A stretch of 64,000 nt of DNA from Phycisphaerales bacterium (GTDB taxonomy: Bacteria; Planctomycetota; Phycisphaerae; Phycisphaerales; UBA1924): assembly GCA_040397805.1 (NCBI GenBank), contig JBBAVG010000011.1:2247-66246 (forward strand), read 5' to 3'. Below, in pieces: positions 44,297-53,076 of the stretch. The notes under the pieces are model-generated. The model ran no database searches. It worked only from the letters and a program-made list of their open reading frames with translations, and was not told the DNA's origin. How positions within the stretch are numbered: the stretch's first letter is position 1; the number at the start of each line of letters is the position of its first letter. The position numbers were made by a program, and so were the translations under genes.

Positions 44297-45652
44297 GAAC
44301 GCCACCGTGCGATACGCCCTCACGAGGGTGTCGGTGCTGGTCATCACGAGCGTGCCGTCGGTGCCGAGCACGGGACCGCCCTGGTTGAGGTTGCCGTCGA
44401 TGGGCGCCTCCCACCGGAGGGTGAGATCGGGGTTGAAGGAGTAGAGGCGTCCGCCGTTGAAGCCGCCCGCGGTGCCGTTGGAGAGGTAGATGACGCCGCG
44501 GGCGTCGACGGCCATGTGGACCTGCATGTAGTCGCCGGTGATGGGCGTGGGGTAGGTGGCGATGACCGAGCCGGTGGCGGGATCGAGACGTTGCAGCGTG
44601 CCGGAGGCCTCGAAGTCCTGGGTGCCGGTCCAAGACATGCTGTAGATGGAGCCGTCGGGGCCGACGCCCCAGCGGGAGAACTCGCCGCCGCCGCCGGAGG
44701 AGGTCCGCCAGTTCTGGGTGATGGCGGTGCCCGTGTCGGTGAAGGAGTAGAGGAAGTCGTTGTTCACGTTGAAGTTCTGCGAATACGGCAGATACAGACG
44801 ACCATCGGTGCCGACGTAGAGGCCGTTGTGCAGGAGCACGCCTCCGAGCAGGGGTCCGCGGTAAAGGAAGGCGCCGGTCGTGGCGTCGAACTTGCGGATG
44901 GCCACGCGATTGCCGGACCCGTTGATGAGGTCGACGGTGTAGACGGCGTTGCCGTTGATGACGACGCCGGTGGTGTTGCCCACCTGCTCGACGCGAGCGG
45001 TCCGCCAGACGAGCAGGCCGGTCTGGGCGTCGATGCGTTCGATCCATCGCCACGAGGGCAAGATGAGGTCGCCGTCATCGGCGAAGACCGCGCCGGTGTA
45101 GGGGCCGGCGAGGATCTGGTAGCGGGGCACGTCCGTGCCGCCCGCCGTGTGCCACAGCACCGCGCCGGTCGCCGCGTCGAGGCAATAGAGCGGGGCGTCG
45201 ACGCTCCCGCCGTTGCCCGAGCGACTGGCGAAGAGTCGGCCGTTCTTGACGCCGGCGATCCACGTGGTCCAGTCGCCCGCCTCGAAGGGCAGATCGGCGG
45301 TCCAGAGGACCGCGCCGGTGTCGAGGTCCATCGCGTAGATCGTGGCGTCGTCGGGCGGCGGGTTGTTCTGCGGGAATGCGGTCTGTCGCACCATGAAGAC
45401 GCGGCGGCCCTCGATGACGGGGTTCCACGCGATGTAGCTGAAGGGGCCGCCCTCCCAGAGCAGATCGGAGGCACCGATGCCGTCAGGTCCGTTGACGTTG
45501 ACCAGTCCGTTCATGCGGCCGTTGCCGCCGAGGTTGGACCAGTCTTGCGTCTGCGCCTGAGCCTGGCCCGCCGAGAAGCCCGCCGAGAAGCCGGCCACGG
45601 CGACACACAAGGCACACCACCGCCACGCCATGCTTCGCAAATGGAACATCAT
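44129..45652 (-). CDS. secreted PQQ-like beta-propeller repeat protein with C-terminal GC-type dockerin-like module (paralog 1)
   Basis: Signal peptide MMFHLRSMAWRWCALCVAVAG. Repeated ...YAMDLDTGAVLW / YCLDAATGAVLW / IDAQTGLLVW blades. It ends CAADFNGDGGIDGGDIEAFFVAWEAGDGAADVNEDGGIDGGDVQEFFTLWEAGGC. Confidence 0.8.
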   Translation of the reverse strand: MMFHLRSMAWRWCALCVAVAGFSAGFSAGQAQAQTQDWSNLGGNGRMNGLVNVNGPDGIGASDLLWEGGPFSYIAWNPVIEGRRVFMVRQTAFPQNNPPPDDATIYAMDLDTGAVLWTADLPFEAGDWTTWIAGVKNGRLFASRSGNGGSVDAPLYCLDAATGAVLWHTAGGTDVPRYQILAGPYTGAVFADDGDLILPSWRWIERIDAQTGLLVWRTARVEQVGNTTGVVINGNAVYTVDLINGSGNRVAIRKFDATTGAFLYRGPLLGGVLLHNGLYVGTDGRLYLPYSQNFNVNNDFLYSFTDTGTAITQNWRTSSGGGGEFSRWGVGPDGSIYSMSWTGTQDFEASGTLQRLDPATGSVIATYPTPITGDYMQVHMAVDARGVIYLSNGTAGGFNGGRLYSFNPDLTLRWEAPIDGNLNQGGPVLGTDGTLVMTSTDTLVRAYRTVAFCAADFNGDGGIDGGDIEAFFVAWEAGDGAADVNEDGGIDGGDVQEFFTLWEAGGC

Positions 45653-45766
45653 GAACGAACTCCTGAATCGACCTCGCCGCAGCGACGTCGGACGCCGCGA
45701 TTCCGTCCCCGTTTCGCCAAAAGACACGGCCCGGCGGTCAGGCCGGGCCGTGCGATGAAGGTTGGA

Positions 45767-46699
45767 TCAGCGGCGCCGGCGACAGGTCGCCGCGGCGGCC
45801 AGTCCGAGCAACGCGAGCGAGCCGGGCGAAGGAATGGTGTATCCCTGCCAGCCGTTCCGCGCGTTGTCGTACACGAACAGTTGGTCGTTGGCGACGCTCA
45901 CGCCGCCGTAGAACTGCGGCACGTCGATGTCGAGATCCCACGAGTCCACGTACGAACCGTCGACGCGGAACCGCATCGCCTTGTTGATCGGCGCGTAGGC
46001 GGTGGCCACGAGGTAATCGTTCACGGCGTCGTACCCGAGGCCGAACCACGTCGTGGGCGGGCTTCCGGCCGCGGCCGTGTCGAGCGTGACGTTGCCGATC
46101 AGCGACCCGTCGACGCGGCTGACGACGTTGAGGACGTTGGTGTTGCTGAAGGAGTAGAGACGGTTCCTCGCGGAGTCGTACACCGGCATGGTCTGGGTGC
46201 CGCGGAGGCCGGGAAGCGACGGGAGCACCATCGTCGTCGAACCGGTCACCTGGCCCGCCGCATCCAACGGCACGGCGAAGAGGCCCTGCGGACGCCCGCC
46301 AACGGCCCCGATCCCGCCGTCACGCGCCCGCAACGTGAGCACCTCGAGCTGACCGGTGTTCGGGTTGTAGTTCACCGATCGAAGGTCGTGCTCGACCTCG
46401 AAGAAGGCCTGCACCTCGGAACCGGCCTCCGAGAAGACGTACAACTTCGAATAGAAGGAATCGCCATCACCGGACCCGGAACCGGCGGCGTAGTACTGCC
46501 GGAAGCCCGGATGCCACGTCACGTTCATTCCCGCCGAAGGCGTGATCGAGGTCTGAAGGAAGGTGGTCCGCTGGGCCACCCCGGCCTCTGCCTGATGGGA
46601 GACACCAAGCACCCCCGCCGCCATCACCGTGGCGACGACCAACGTTCCAAGTTCAGAAACAGCAGTCTTCACGTGGGCTCTCCTCATGCAGGTCCTCAA
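45767..46699 (-). CDS. PEP-CTERM-sorted secreted beta-rich protein
   Basis: Signal peptide (LGTLVVATVMAAGVLGVSHQAEA), a beta-propeller-like body, and the C-terminus TIPSPGSLALLGLAAAATCRRRR. Confidence 0.68.
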   Translation of the reverse strand: MRTCMRRAHVKTAVSELGTLVVATVMAAGVLGVSHQAEAGVAQRTTFLQTSITPSAGMNVTWHPGFRQYYAAGSGSGDGDSFYSKLYVFSEAGSEVQAFFEVEHDLRSVNYNPNTGQLEVLTLRARDGGIGAVGGRPQGLFAVPLDAAGQVTGSTTMVLPSLPGLRGTQTMPVYDSARNRLYSFSNTNVLNVVSRVDGSLIGNVTLDTAAAGSPPTTWFGLGYDAVNDYLVATAYAPINKAMRFRVDGSYVDSWDLDIDVPQFYGGVSVANDQLFVYDNARNGWQGYTIPSPGSLALLGLAAAATCRRRR

Positions 46700-46736
46700 G
46701 CCGCCGCGGTATCCGCCGCTCGCCGCTCGAGGCCGC

Positions 46737-46815
46737 TTTTATTACAACCTACCGACATCCATCACCAGTTGCAAGTACTTTTAGAAGTGATTCCAAAAGT
46801 TTTGCCTATTCAGCG
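46737..46815. promoter_or_regulatory. AT-rich divergent intergenic island with 6-bp inverted repeat ACTTTT-N12-AAAAGT
   Basis: ttttattacaacctaccgacatccatcaccagttgcaagtacttttagaagtgattccaaaagttttgcctatt stands out against the G/C-dominated flanks. It lies between divergent genes starting at 46699 (-) and 46885 (+). Confidence 0.4.
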
Positions 46816-46884
46816 ATGATGCGACGATACTCGCGGGGCGAGATTGGCGTCCCCGTGTATCATGCGATCAATCCAAGATGACGA

Positions 46885-48153
46885 ATGATCGACGACACAC
46901 CTGACAAACACCGCTCGTCTGCAGGGGGCACCCTGCATACCCGCTTCGAGCTCGACGCCACCGCCGTCGGTCGTCAACTGCACGGCGCCATGTCGGCACT
47001 GCTTGCGGAGGCCTGCGGCGGAGTCCCGATTCGGACCGGAACGGAGTTGAGCGCGGCCCTGGGGATCGACGTCAACCTCGCGTGGAAGGTGCTGAAGATC
47101 TGCCGCCCCGCGGCGGGCGCTTCGACGTTGCTTCGCCTTCCCGGCGATGGAGCCCTTCGCATTCTTCTGGCGGCGGCCGAGGGCAAGGGCGTGTCGACGT
47201 CGGCGGTCGACCGAGTTCGCCTCGCCTTCGAGGCCTACGACCGACTCGTGCTCACGCACGCCGGAAGCCGCTTGTCGCTCGATTCGCTGCTTGCGAATCT
47301 CGCGGGCGACGAGCAACCCATCGACCTGGCGACGCGACGCGCGGCCTTTCGCGCCAACGCGGCGGTGCTGGGCGTGCAGGCCTCCGTGCAGACGGCCGCC
47401 TACTTCTTCTGGCCGGAAACGATCGACGGCGTCGCCTCCTCGGGCATGGCGATCGTCCGCGGCATGAGCCAGTTCCGTCGCTTGCGGCCGGACGTGTCGT
47501 GGGTGATCGGTCGCGGACGACGGACCGACCATCAAGCCCGCCTCTACGGACACCCATTCCCCATGCCGCTCGACACGGAGACGGCGGAGCGTCACGGGGG
47601 CGTTCCGCTGGTTCAGTTCCTGTCGTCATGGGAGTTGCCGCCGGTTCGGAGGACGATCTCCCCCGACGGCATGGCGATCGACCGCATCGTCGGCGGGCCG
47701 GTGGGGCTGCAGGGTTCGCAGTCGTTCTTTCTCGCCGAGACGATGCGTCCGGGACTCGGGCGGCGGAACGACCCTTCGAACCCGACGCTCCGCCTGGTGG
47801 TCTCGTCGCATACGCCGTGCGAAACGCTGGTCTTCGACGCGCTGTTCCACAAGGACCTGCCGCCGCTGGGACCGCCCCGCGTGATCACGGCGAGCGAACT
47901 TGGCGGCGACTCGCTGGGCTACACGGCGGTGGAGGATCGCGTGACGCTGAATCTCGGCGCCGAGGTCGAGGATCACGGCCCGGGACTCGACACGCTGCAC
48001 ATCGCCGAACTGCCTCGCTATCCCGAACTGCTCGGATCGGTGTGCGAGCGACTCGCCGTGAACCCGGCGGACCTGCACGCGTGGCGGGTGCGGATCGCCT
48101 TTCCGCCCATCCCATGCGGCGTGCTGATCGAGCGAGACATGAACCCGGCGTGA
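46885..48153 (+). CDS. hypothetical cytoplasmic protein, possible N-terminal helix-turn-helix
   Basis: A 422-aa ORF with coding-like G/C-rich third positions and no signal peptide or TM. TGTELSAALGIDVNLAWKVLK has an HTH-like pattern. I recognise no family. Confidence 0.6.
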   Translation: MIDDTPDKHRSSAGGTLHTRFELDATAVGRQLHGAMSALLAEACGGVPIRTGTELSAALGIDVNLAWKVLKICRPAAGASTLLRLPGDGALRILLAAAEGKGVSTSAVDRVRLAFEAYDRLVLTHAGSRLSLDSLLANLAGDEQPIDLATRRAAFRANAAVLGVQASVQTAAYFFWPETIDGVASSGMAIVRGMSQFRRLRPDVSWVIGRGRRTDHQARLYGHPFPMPLDTETAERHGGVPLVQFLSSWELPPVRRTISPDGMAIDRIVGGPVGLQGSQSFFLAETMRPGLGRRNDPSNPTLRLVVSSHTPCETLVFDALFHKDLPPLGPPRVITASELGGDSLGYTAVEDRVTLNLGAEVEDHGPGLDTLHIAELPRYPELLGSVCERLAVNPADLHAWRVRIAFPPIPCGVLIERDMNPA

Positions 48154-48191
48154 CCACCGCCGTCACTCGCGGCGACAAGGCCCTCCCGTTC

Positions 48192-48228
48192 GCGACTGCG
48201 CCGTCGACACCGTCGCCGGCGCAGTCGC
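48192..48228. terminator. 11-bp perfect inverted repeat between convergent genes
   Basis: gcgactgcgcc ...15 nt... ggcgcagtcgc, between the stop at 48153 (+) and the stop at 48249 (-). There is no U-tract. Confidence 0.35.
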
Positions 48229-48248
48229 GACAGTCGAGCGTTCGCCCC

Positions 48249-48416
48249 TCAGCAGCTGCCGGCTTCCCAGAGGATGAAGAAGGCCTGCACGTCACCTCCG
48301 TCGACGCCGCCATCCTGATTGACGTCCGCGGCGGGATCGCCGGTCTGCCAGACGAGGAAGAAGGCCTCGACGTCCGCGCCGTCGATGCCGCCGTCGCCGT
48401 TGAAGTCGGCGGGACA
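48249..48416 (-). repeat. coding repeat: 55-aa Cys..Cys twin-loop dockerin-like module, copy 4
   Basis: Same module at the C-terminus of propeller paralog 2. Confidence 0.8.
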
Positions 48417-49754
48417 GGAGCCCGTGGTGCGGTACGCGCGGACGAGGGTGTCGGTGCTGGCGATCACGAGCGTGCCGTCGGTGCCGAGCACCGGGGCGCC
48501 CTGGTTGAGGTTGCCGTCGATGGGGGTTTCCCAGCGGAGGGTGAGATCGGGGTTGAAGGAGTAGAGGCGTCCGCCGTTGAAGCCGCCGGCGGTGCCGTTG
48601 GAGAGGTAGATGACGCCGCGGGCGTCGACGGCCATGTGGACCTGCATGTAGTCGCCGGTGATGGGCGTGGGACAGGTGGCGATGACCGAGCCGGTGGCGG
48701 GATCGATCCGCTGCAGCGTGCCGGAGGCCTCGAAGTCCTCGGTGCCGGTGAAGGACATGCTGTAGATGGAGCCGTCAGGGCCGACGCCCCAGCGGGAGAA
48801 CTCGCCGCCGCCGCCGGAGGAAGTGCGCCAGTTCTGGGTGATGGCCGAGCCCGTGTCGGTGAAGGAGTAGAGGAAGTCGTTGGCGACGTTGAAGTTCTGG
48901 GTGAAGGGAAGGTAGAGGCGGCCGTCGGTGCCGATGTAGAGCCCGTTGTGGAGAAAGCCGCCGGAGAGCGGCTCGGACTGGTACATGGGCGTGCCGGTGG
49001 TGGCGTTGATCTTGCGGACGACGATGCGAAGTCCGGACGCGCTGTCGGCGGTGTAGACGGCGTCGCCTTCGATCACCGCGCCGGTGGTGTTGCCCACCTG
49101 CTCGACGCGCGCGGTGCGCCAGAGGAGTTGGCCGGTCACGGCGTCGATGCGTTCGATCCAACGCCACGAGGGCACGATGATGTCGCCATCGTCGGCGAAG
49201 ACCGCGCCCGTGTAGGGGCCGGCGAGGATCTGATAGCGGGGCACGCTCGTGCCTCCAGCCGTGTGCCAGAGCACCGCGCCCGTCGCCGCATCGAGGCAGT
49301 AGAGGGGCGCGTCGACGCTGCCCCCGTCGCCGGATCGGCTGGCGAAGAGTCGGCCATTCTTGACGCCGGCGATCCACGTCGTCCAGTCGCCGTTCTCGAA
49401 GGGCAGGTCGGCGGTCCAGAGCACCGCGCCGGTGTCGAGGTCCATCGCGTAGATCGTCGCGTCGTCGGGCGGCGGATCGTTCTGTGGGAAGGCGGTCTGG
49501 CGCACCATGAAGACGCGGCGGCCCTCGATGACGGGGTTCCACGCGATGTAGCTGAAGGGGCCGCCCTCCCAGAGCAGGTCGGAGGCGCCGACGCCGTCGG
49601 GTCCGTTGACGTTCACCAGTCCGTTCATGCGGCCGTTGCCGCCGAGGTTGGACCAGTCCTGCGTCTGTCCACCGGCGTGTCCGACCGCGATCGCGACCGA
49701 GGCGAGGAACCAGACGACCGACGCGGAACGCCGCACCTGCAGACTCGACTTCAT
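48249..49754 (-). CDS. secreted PQQ-like beta-propeller repeat protein with C-terminal GC-type dockerin-like module (paralog 2)
   Basis: Signal peptide MKSSLQVRRSASVVWFLASVAIAVG. The mature region is collinear with 44129..45553. It ends CPADFNGDGGIDGADVEAFFLVWQTGDPAADVNQDGGVDGGDVQAFFILWEAGSC. Confidence 0.8.
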   Translation of the reverse strand: MKSSLQVRRSASVVWFLASVAIAVGHAGGQTQDWSNLGGNGRMNGLVNVNGPDGVGASDLLWEGGPFSYIAWNPVIEGRRVFMVRQTAFPQNDPPPDDATIYAMDLDTGAVLWTADLPFENGDWTTWIAGVKNGRLFASRSGDGGSVDAPLYCLDAATGAVLWHTAGGTSVPRYQILAGPYTGAVFADDGDIIVPSWRWIERIDAVTGQLLWRTARVEQVGNTTGAVIEGDAVYTADSASGLRIVVRKINATTGTPMYQSEPLSGGFLHNGLYIGTDGRLYLPFTQNFNVANDFLYSFTDTGSAITQNWRTSSGGGGEFSRWGVGPDGSIYSMSFTGTEDFEASGTLQRIDPATGSVIATCPTPITGDYMQVHMAVDARGVIYLSNGTAGGFNGGRLYSFNPDLTLRWETPIDGNLNQGAPVLGTDGTLVIASTDTLVRAYRTTGSCPADFNGDGGIDGADVEAFFLVWQTGDPAADVNQDGGVDGGDVQAFFILWEAGSC

Positions 49755-50006
49755 GACTGGACTCCGTTGGTTGAGCGATCCACGTTCGACGGACCCGTCG
49801 CCTCGTCGCACACGTCGCCCAACACCTTGTAGCGTCCCCGGTCCGACGACGGTTGCAGCCGACCGCTCATTCGAGTCCGCGACGTCGTGATCGTCGCCCT
49901 CGCGGATTCGCGATCGACCATCTGATGCGTCATTTATCAGACAACCGCCCAGGCGATCTCCGCGTCGCCGTCCGTTGCCGGCGTGGAGTGCCGCACCGAC
50001 GGGGCC

Positions 50007-50174
50007 TCAACAACCACCGGCCTCCCAGAGCGCGAAGAAGGCTTCGGCATCCGCACCGTCGACCCCGCCGTCGGCGTTGACGTCGGCGTCGGCGTCGCCC
50101 GCCTCCCACGCGGCGAAGAAGGCCCCGACGTCACTGCCGTCGACACCGCCGTCCTCGTTGAAGTCGGCCTTGCA
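50007..50174 (-). repeat. coding repeat: 55-aa Cys..Cys twin-loop dockerin-like module, copy 5
   Basis: Same module at the C-terminus of the 258-aa protein. Confidence 0.8.
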
Positions 50175-50783
50175 GGCGGGCACGACCTCGATGCGGAAGT
50201 TGTCGAAGTCGGTGATGGACGCGAACGCGCCGCCGGGCGTTGCGCTGCTGGTGAAGAAGCCGAAGCGGATGGGCTGGCCTTGGGCGGAGAACTCGGGGAT
50301 TCCAGGTTGGCCGTCGACGCGGGAGAACTCATCCCCGCGGACGGAGAGCACCTCGAGGCGGACCCATGAACCCGAGTTGCCCATGTACCGCATGCCAGTG
50401 CGGTAGACGACCTGTCCCTGCTTGATGGCAAGCGTCACGCCTTCGCCGATGCCCAGACCGTCGATGTGGCGCACGTCCAGCCACATCGAGACCGAGCCGA
50501 TGGCGCCTTGCGTGCCGGGCTCGTAGCGGGTGGCGGCGGTGTTGCCGAAGCGGTGGAAGCCGTTGACGGTGGACCCGGCCCGTGCGTTGACCGCGCTGGT
50601 CACCCTCCGGGCGTTGCCTGGGTTTCCGGTGGGCGACGTGACGGCCGACACGCTGCCGCCATCACCCGACACGGACGGCTCGATCACCCACGTTCCGGAG
50701 GCGAACTCGCCGTCCTGATACACCACCTGTCCGCACGCGACCGAACACGTCGCCGCGATCGATGCCAGCATCACGCTCCTCAT
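50007..50783 (-). CDS. small secreted protein of unknown function with C-terminal GC-type dockerin-like module
   Basis: Short signal peptide MRSVMLASIAATCSVACGQ and a beta-rich body of about 180 aa. It ends CKADFNEDGGVDGSDVGAFFAAWEAGDADADVNADGGVDGADAEAFFALWEAGGC. Confidence 0.7.
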   Translation of the reverse strand: MRSVMLASIAATCSVACGQVVYQDGEFASGTWVIEPSVSGDGGSVSAVTSPTGNPGNARRVTSAVNARAGSTVNGFHRFGNTAATRYEPGTQGAIGSVSMWLDVRHIDGLGIGEGVTLAIKQGQVVYRTGMRYMGNSGSWVRLEVLSVRGDEFSRVDGQPGIPEFSAQGQPIRFGFFTSSATPGGAFASITDFDNFRIEVVPACKADFNEDGGVDGSDVGAFFAAWEAGDADADVNADGGVDGADAEAFFALWEAGGC

Positions 50784-50868
50784 GACGGCTCCTCCCGCGT
50801 CCGACATACCGGACACGACTGAATGATAGCTGTAGGTCGGCCGAAACCCGACACGGCTTGGGCCCTGG

Positions 50869-51822
50869 TCAGGTCCCAGAACCATCCTTCGGTTCCTGTG
50901 ACGCGTTCTGGTCCGGCATGGACCGCCCTTCGCCCTCGGCAGGCGTGGGACCCGTGGCCGCCGCGGGACGCTCCGCGCCAAGATACGTGAAGGCGAACTC
51001 GGCGATGGCATCGGCGGCGTCCGTGGCCGTCTTCTCGAGCGAATCGACCCGCATGCGGCCGAACTCGAGTTGAAGGGCGTTCACGCCAGCCTCGCTCGCC
51101 GCCCCGTATCGCTCGGTGATCCACCCGCCCGCGAAGAACCGCTCCCGAAGCGGCATGGCGGGCCTCTCCTGCTCCGACGCGGGTTGGGGCCGCAGCGGCG
51201 GTTCGACGACGTAGCCCTTGGCCGCGAGCAGGCCGAAGACGCTTCGAGGGCCGTCGATCACGTCGGGGCCATGCTCGGTCACGAGGTGGGCCATCGCCGA
51301 GCCCTGTCTGGTGCCGCGGACGATCGCCTCGGGCATGCGGGCCTGGCCGTGCACGTCGACCAGCAGCACGCGAACGCCGAAGGTCGCCCGCGACCGATCG
51401 ACGGCGGCGAGGAGCGCGTCGTGGTAGGCGTCGTAGCACGCCTTGGCCGCGTCGCTCGCATAGGCCTCGTCGTCAGGCTCTGGCTCGGGCGCGCGGTTGC
51501 AGTCGGCGTCCTTGCGCGAGAAGTGCGCCACCACGAACGACGGGCGGCGGCCCATCCGCTCGGTGAGCCGCTGCGACATGAGCAGCGCCAACTGGGCCGT
51601 GTTGGTGTCGAGCACCTTCACGCCCTTGGTCCGCTCGACGGCGCCGGGGATGCGCACCCGCCCGCCGTGGGGCGCTGAGATGATGACGGGCGCGTCGCCG
51701 AGTTGCGTTGTGATGAGCGAACCTGGCGGCGAGAGGTCGGGCCCGCGGCCCTTCGCAGGGCACGGGGCGGCGACGCAGAGCGTCAGGAGCAGCGTGAGCA
51801 GCCGGCGTCGCGCGATCATCAT
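50869..51822 (-). CDS. N-formylglutamate amidohydrolase-family protein with signal peptide
   Basis: MMIARRRLLTLLLTLCVAAPCPA signal, ISAPHGG and LLVDVHGQ motifs of the FGase (PF05013-like) fold. Confidence 0.68.
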   Translation of the reverse strand: MMIARRRLLTLLLTLCVAAPCPAKGRGPDLSPPGSLITTQLGDAPVIISAPHGGRVRIPGAVERTKGVKVLDTNTAQLALLMSQRLTERMGRRPSFVVAHFSRKDADCNRAPEPEPDDEAYASDAAKACYDAYHDALLAAVDRSRATFGVRVLLVDVHGQARMPEAIVRGTRQGSAMAHLVTEHGPDVIDGPRSVFGLLAAKGYVVEPPLRPQPASEQERPAMPLRERFFAGGWITERYGAASEAGVNALQLEFGRMRVDSLEKTATDAADAIAEFAFTYLGAERPAAATGPTPAEGEGRSMPDQNASQEPKDGSGT

Positions 51823-51831
51823 GCCGATCCT

Positions 51832-52203
51832 TCAAGGGCCCGTGTCGTCCTCGCCGGCGTAGATCGCGCCGGAGGTGGAGGTTTCCCAGAGCTCGACACG
51901 GGCGAGCCCGGGCAGGCGGCCACGGAGCCGCTGCCAGAACCAGCGGCAGATGCCCTCGGAGGTCGAGATGCCCATGCCCTCGATGTCGTTGAGGAACCGG
52001 TGGTCGAGTTGATCGACCAAGGGCCCGCACGCCTGCTTGATGTCGTCGAAGTCGATGACCCACCCCATCACGGGATCGACGGGCCCTCGAACGTAGACGC
52101 GAAGGCGGTAGGAATGGCCGTGCACACGCCGGCACTTGTGCCCTTCGGGCAGGTGCGACAACTGGTGCGCCGCCTCGAACCGAAACTCCTTGAAGACCTC
52201 CAC
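51832..52203 (-). CDS. queD: 6-carboxytetrahydropterin synthase
   Basis: [26 protein letters not shown] (CxxxHGH zinc site) and [10 protein letters not shown]. Start chosen at GTG (VEVFKEF) to give about 123 aa; upstream alternatives exist. Confidence 0.85.
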   Translation of the reverse strand: MEVFKEFRFEAAHQLSHLPEGHKCRRVHGHSYRLRVYVRGPVDPVMGWVIDFDDIKQACGPLVDQLDHRFLNDIEGMGISTSEGICRWFWQRLRGRLPGLARVELWETSTSGAIYAGEDDTGP

Positions 52204-52301
52204 GGCACGCTCCTGGACACGGTGCCCCCCTGCCGCCGACACGCGTGAGGCCCAGTATATCATGGGCCCCGCCGCACCACCCCCGTGCCAAGGCCCCACG
52301 C

Positions 52302-53060
52302 ATGAACGATCCACGCCATGCCGCAGAACGAGCCCCCGCGGGGACCCCGCACGTGCCGGACACGTCGGCGGTCGTGCTCCTCTCGGGGGGGCTCGACAGC
52401 GCGACCGTGCTGGCGATGGCGCGGGCCTCGGGCATGACGTGCCATACCTTGGCCTTCGATTACGGGCAGCGTCACCGGCACGAGTTGACCGCCGCGACGC
52501 GCGTGGCGGCCGCGCTGGGCGCGGCGACGCACCGGACGATGCGGATCGACCTTCGCGACATCGGGGGTTCGGCCCTGACGGCGGCGATCGACGTGCCCAA
52601 GCACCGCTCGGCGTCGGCGATGGCCGCGGATATCCCGATCACGTACGTGCCCAGCCGCAACATCATCTTCCTGTCGATGGCCTCGGCGCTCGCCGAGGTG
52701 CTGGGCGCGGGGGCGATCTTCCTGGGGGTCAACGCCATCGACTACTCGGGATACCCCGACTGTCGCCCGGAGTTCATCGAGGCCTTCCAGCGCGTGCTGC
52801 ACGTGGGCACCAAGGCCGGCGCGGAAGGCAGGCCCATCCGCATCCACGCGCCGATCCTGCACATGACCAAGGCCCGGATCATCCGCGAGGGCACGCGCTT
52901 GGGCGTCGACTACGGCCTGACGCACTCGTGCTACGACCCCGTCGACCTGGGCGGCGGCGACGTGCTCGCCTGCGGGGCGTGCGATTCGTGCCAACTCAGG
53001 CGTGAAGGGTTCGCCGCCGCGGGCGTGCCGGACCCCACCCGCTACGCGCCCTCGCACTGA
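52302..53060 (+). CDS. queC: 7-cyano-7-deazaguanine synthase
   Basis: [16 protein letters not shown]-loop and a C-terminal [10 protein letters not shown] zinc cluster. It is divergent from queD. Confidence 0.9.
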   Translation: MNDPRHAAERAPAGTPHVPDTSAVVLLSGGLDSATVLAMARASGMTCHTLAFDYGQRHRHELTAATRVAAALGAATHRTMRIDLRDIGGSALTAAIDVPKHRSASAMAADIPITYVPSRNIIFLSMASALAEVLGAGAIFLGVNAIDYSGYPDCRPEFIEAFQRVLHVGTKAGAEGRPIRIHAPILHMTKARIIREGTRLGVDYGLTHSCYDPVDLGGGDVLACGACDSCQLRREGFAAAGVPDPTRYAPSH

Positions 53061-53076
53061 GGCCCCGCGAGGAAAC

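Noticed and set aside
43919-46819. 966-aa plus-strand ORF, its twin at 47082..49832, and the giant ORFs 53002..56967 and 58909..62934 on the plus strand.
   Set aside because: They are antisense to the propeller/PEP-CTERM genes and to tpsA/tpsB. The sequences are repetitive Gly/Asp/Arg/Val strings that mirror the repeats on the coding strand. They are not independent genes.
44129-50783. Mobile element or prophage as the cause of the propeller duplication.
   Set aside because: No transposase, integrase, recombinase, tRNA attachment site or terminal inverted repeats were seen. The similarity starts and ends at the mature-protein boundaries, which fits gene duplication or conversion rather than transposition.
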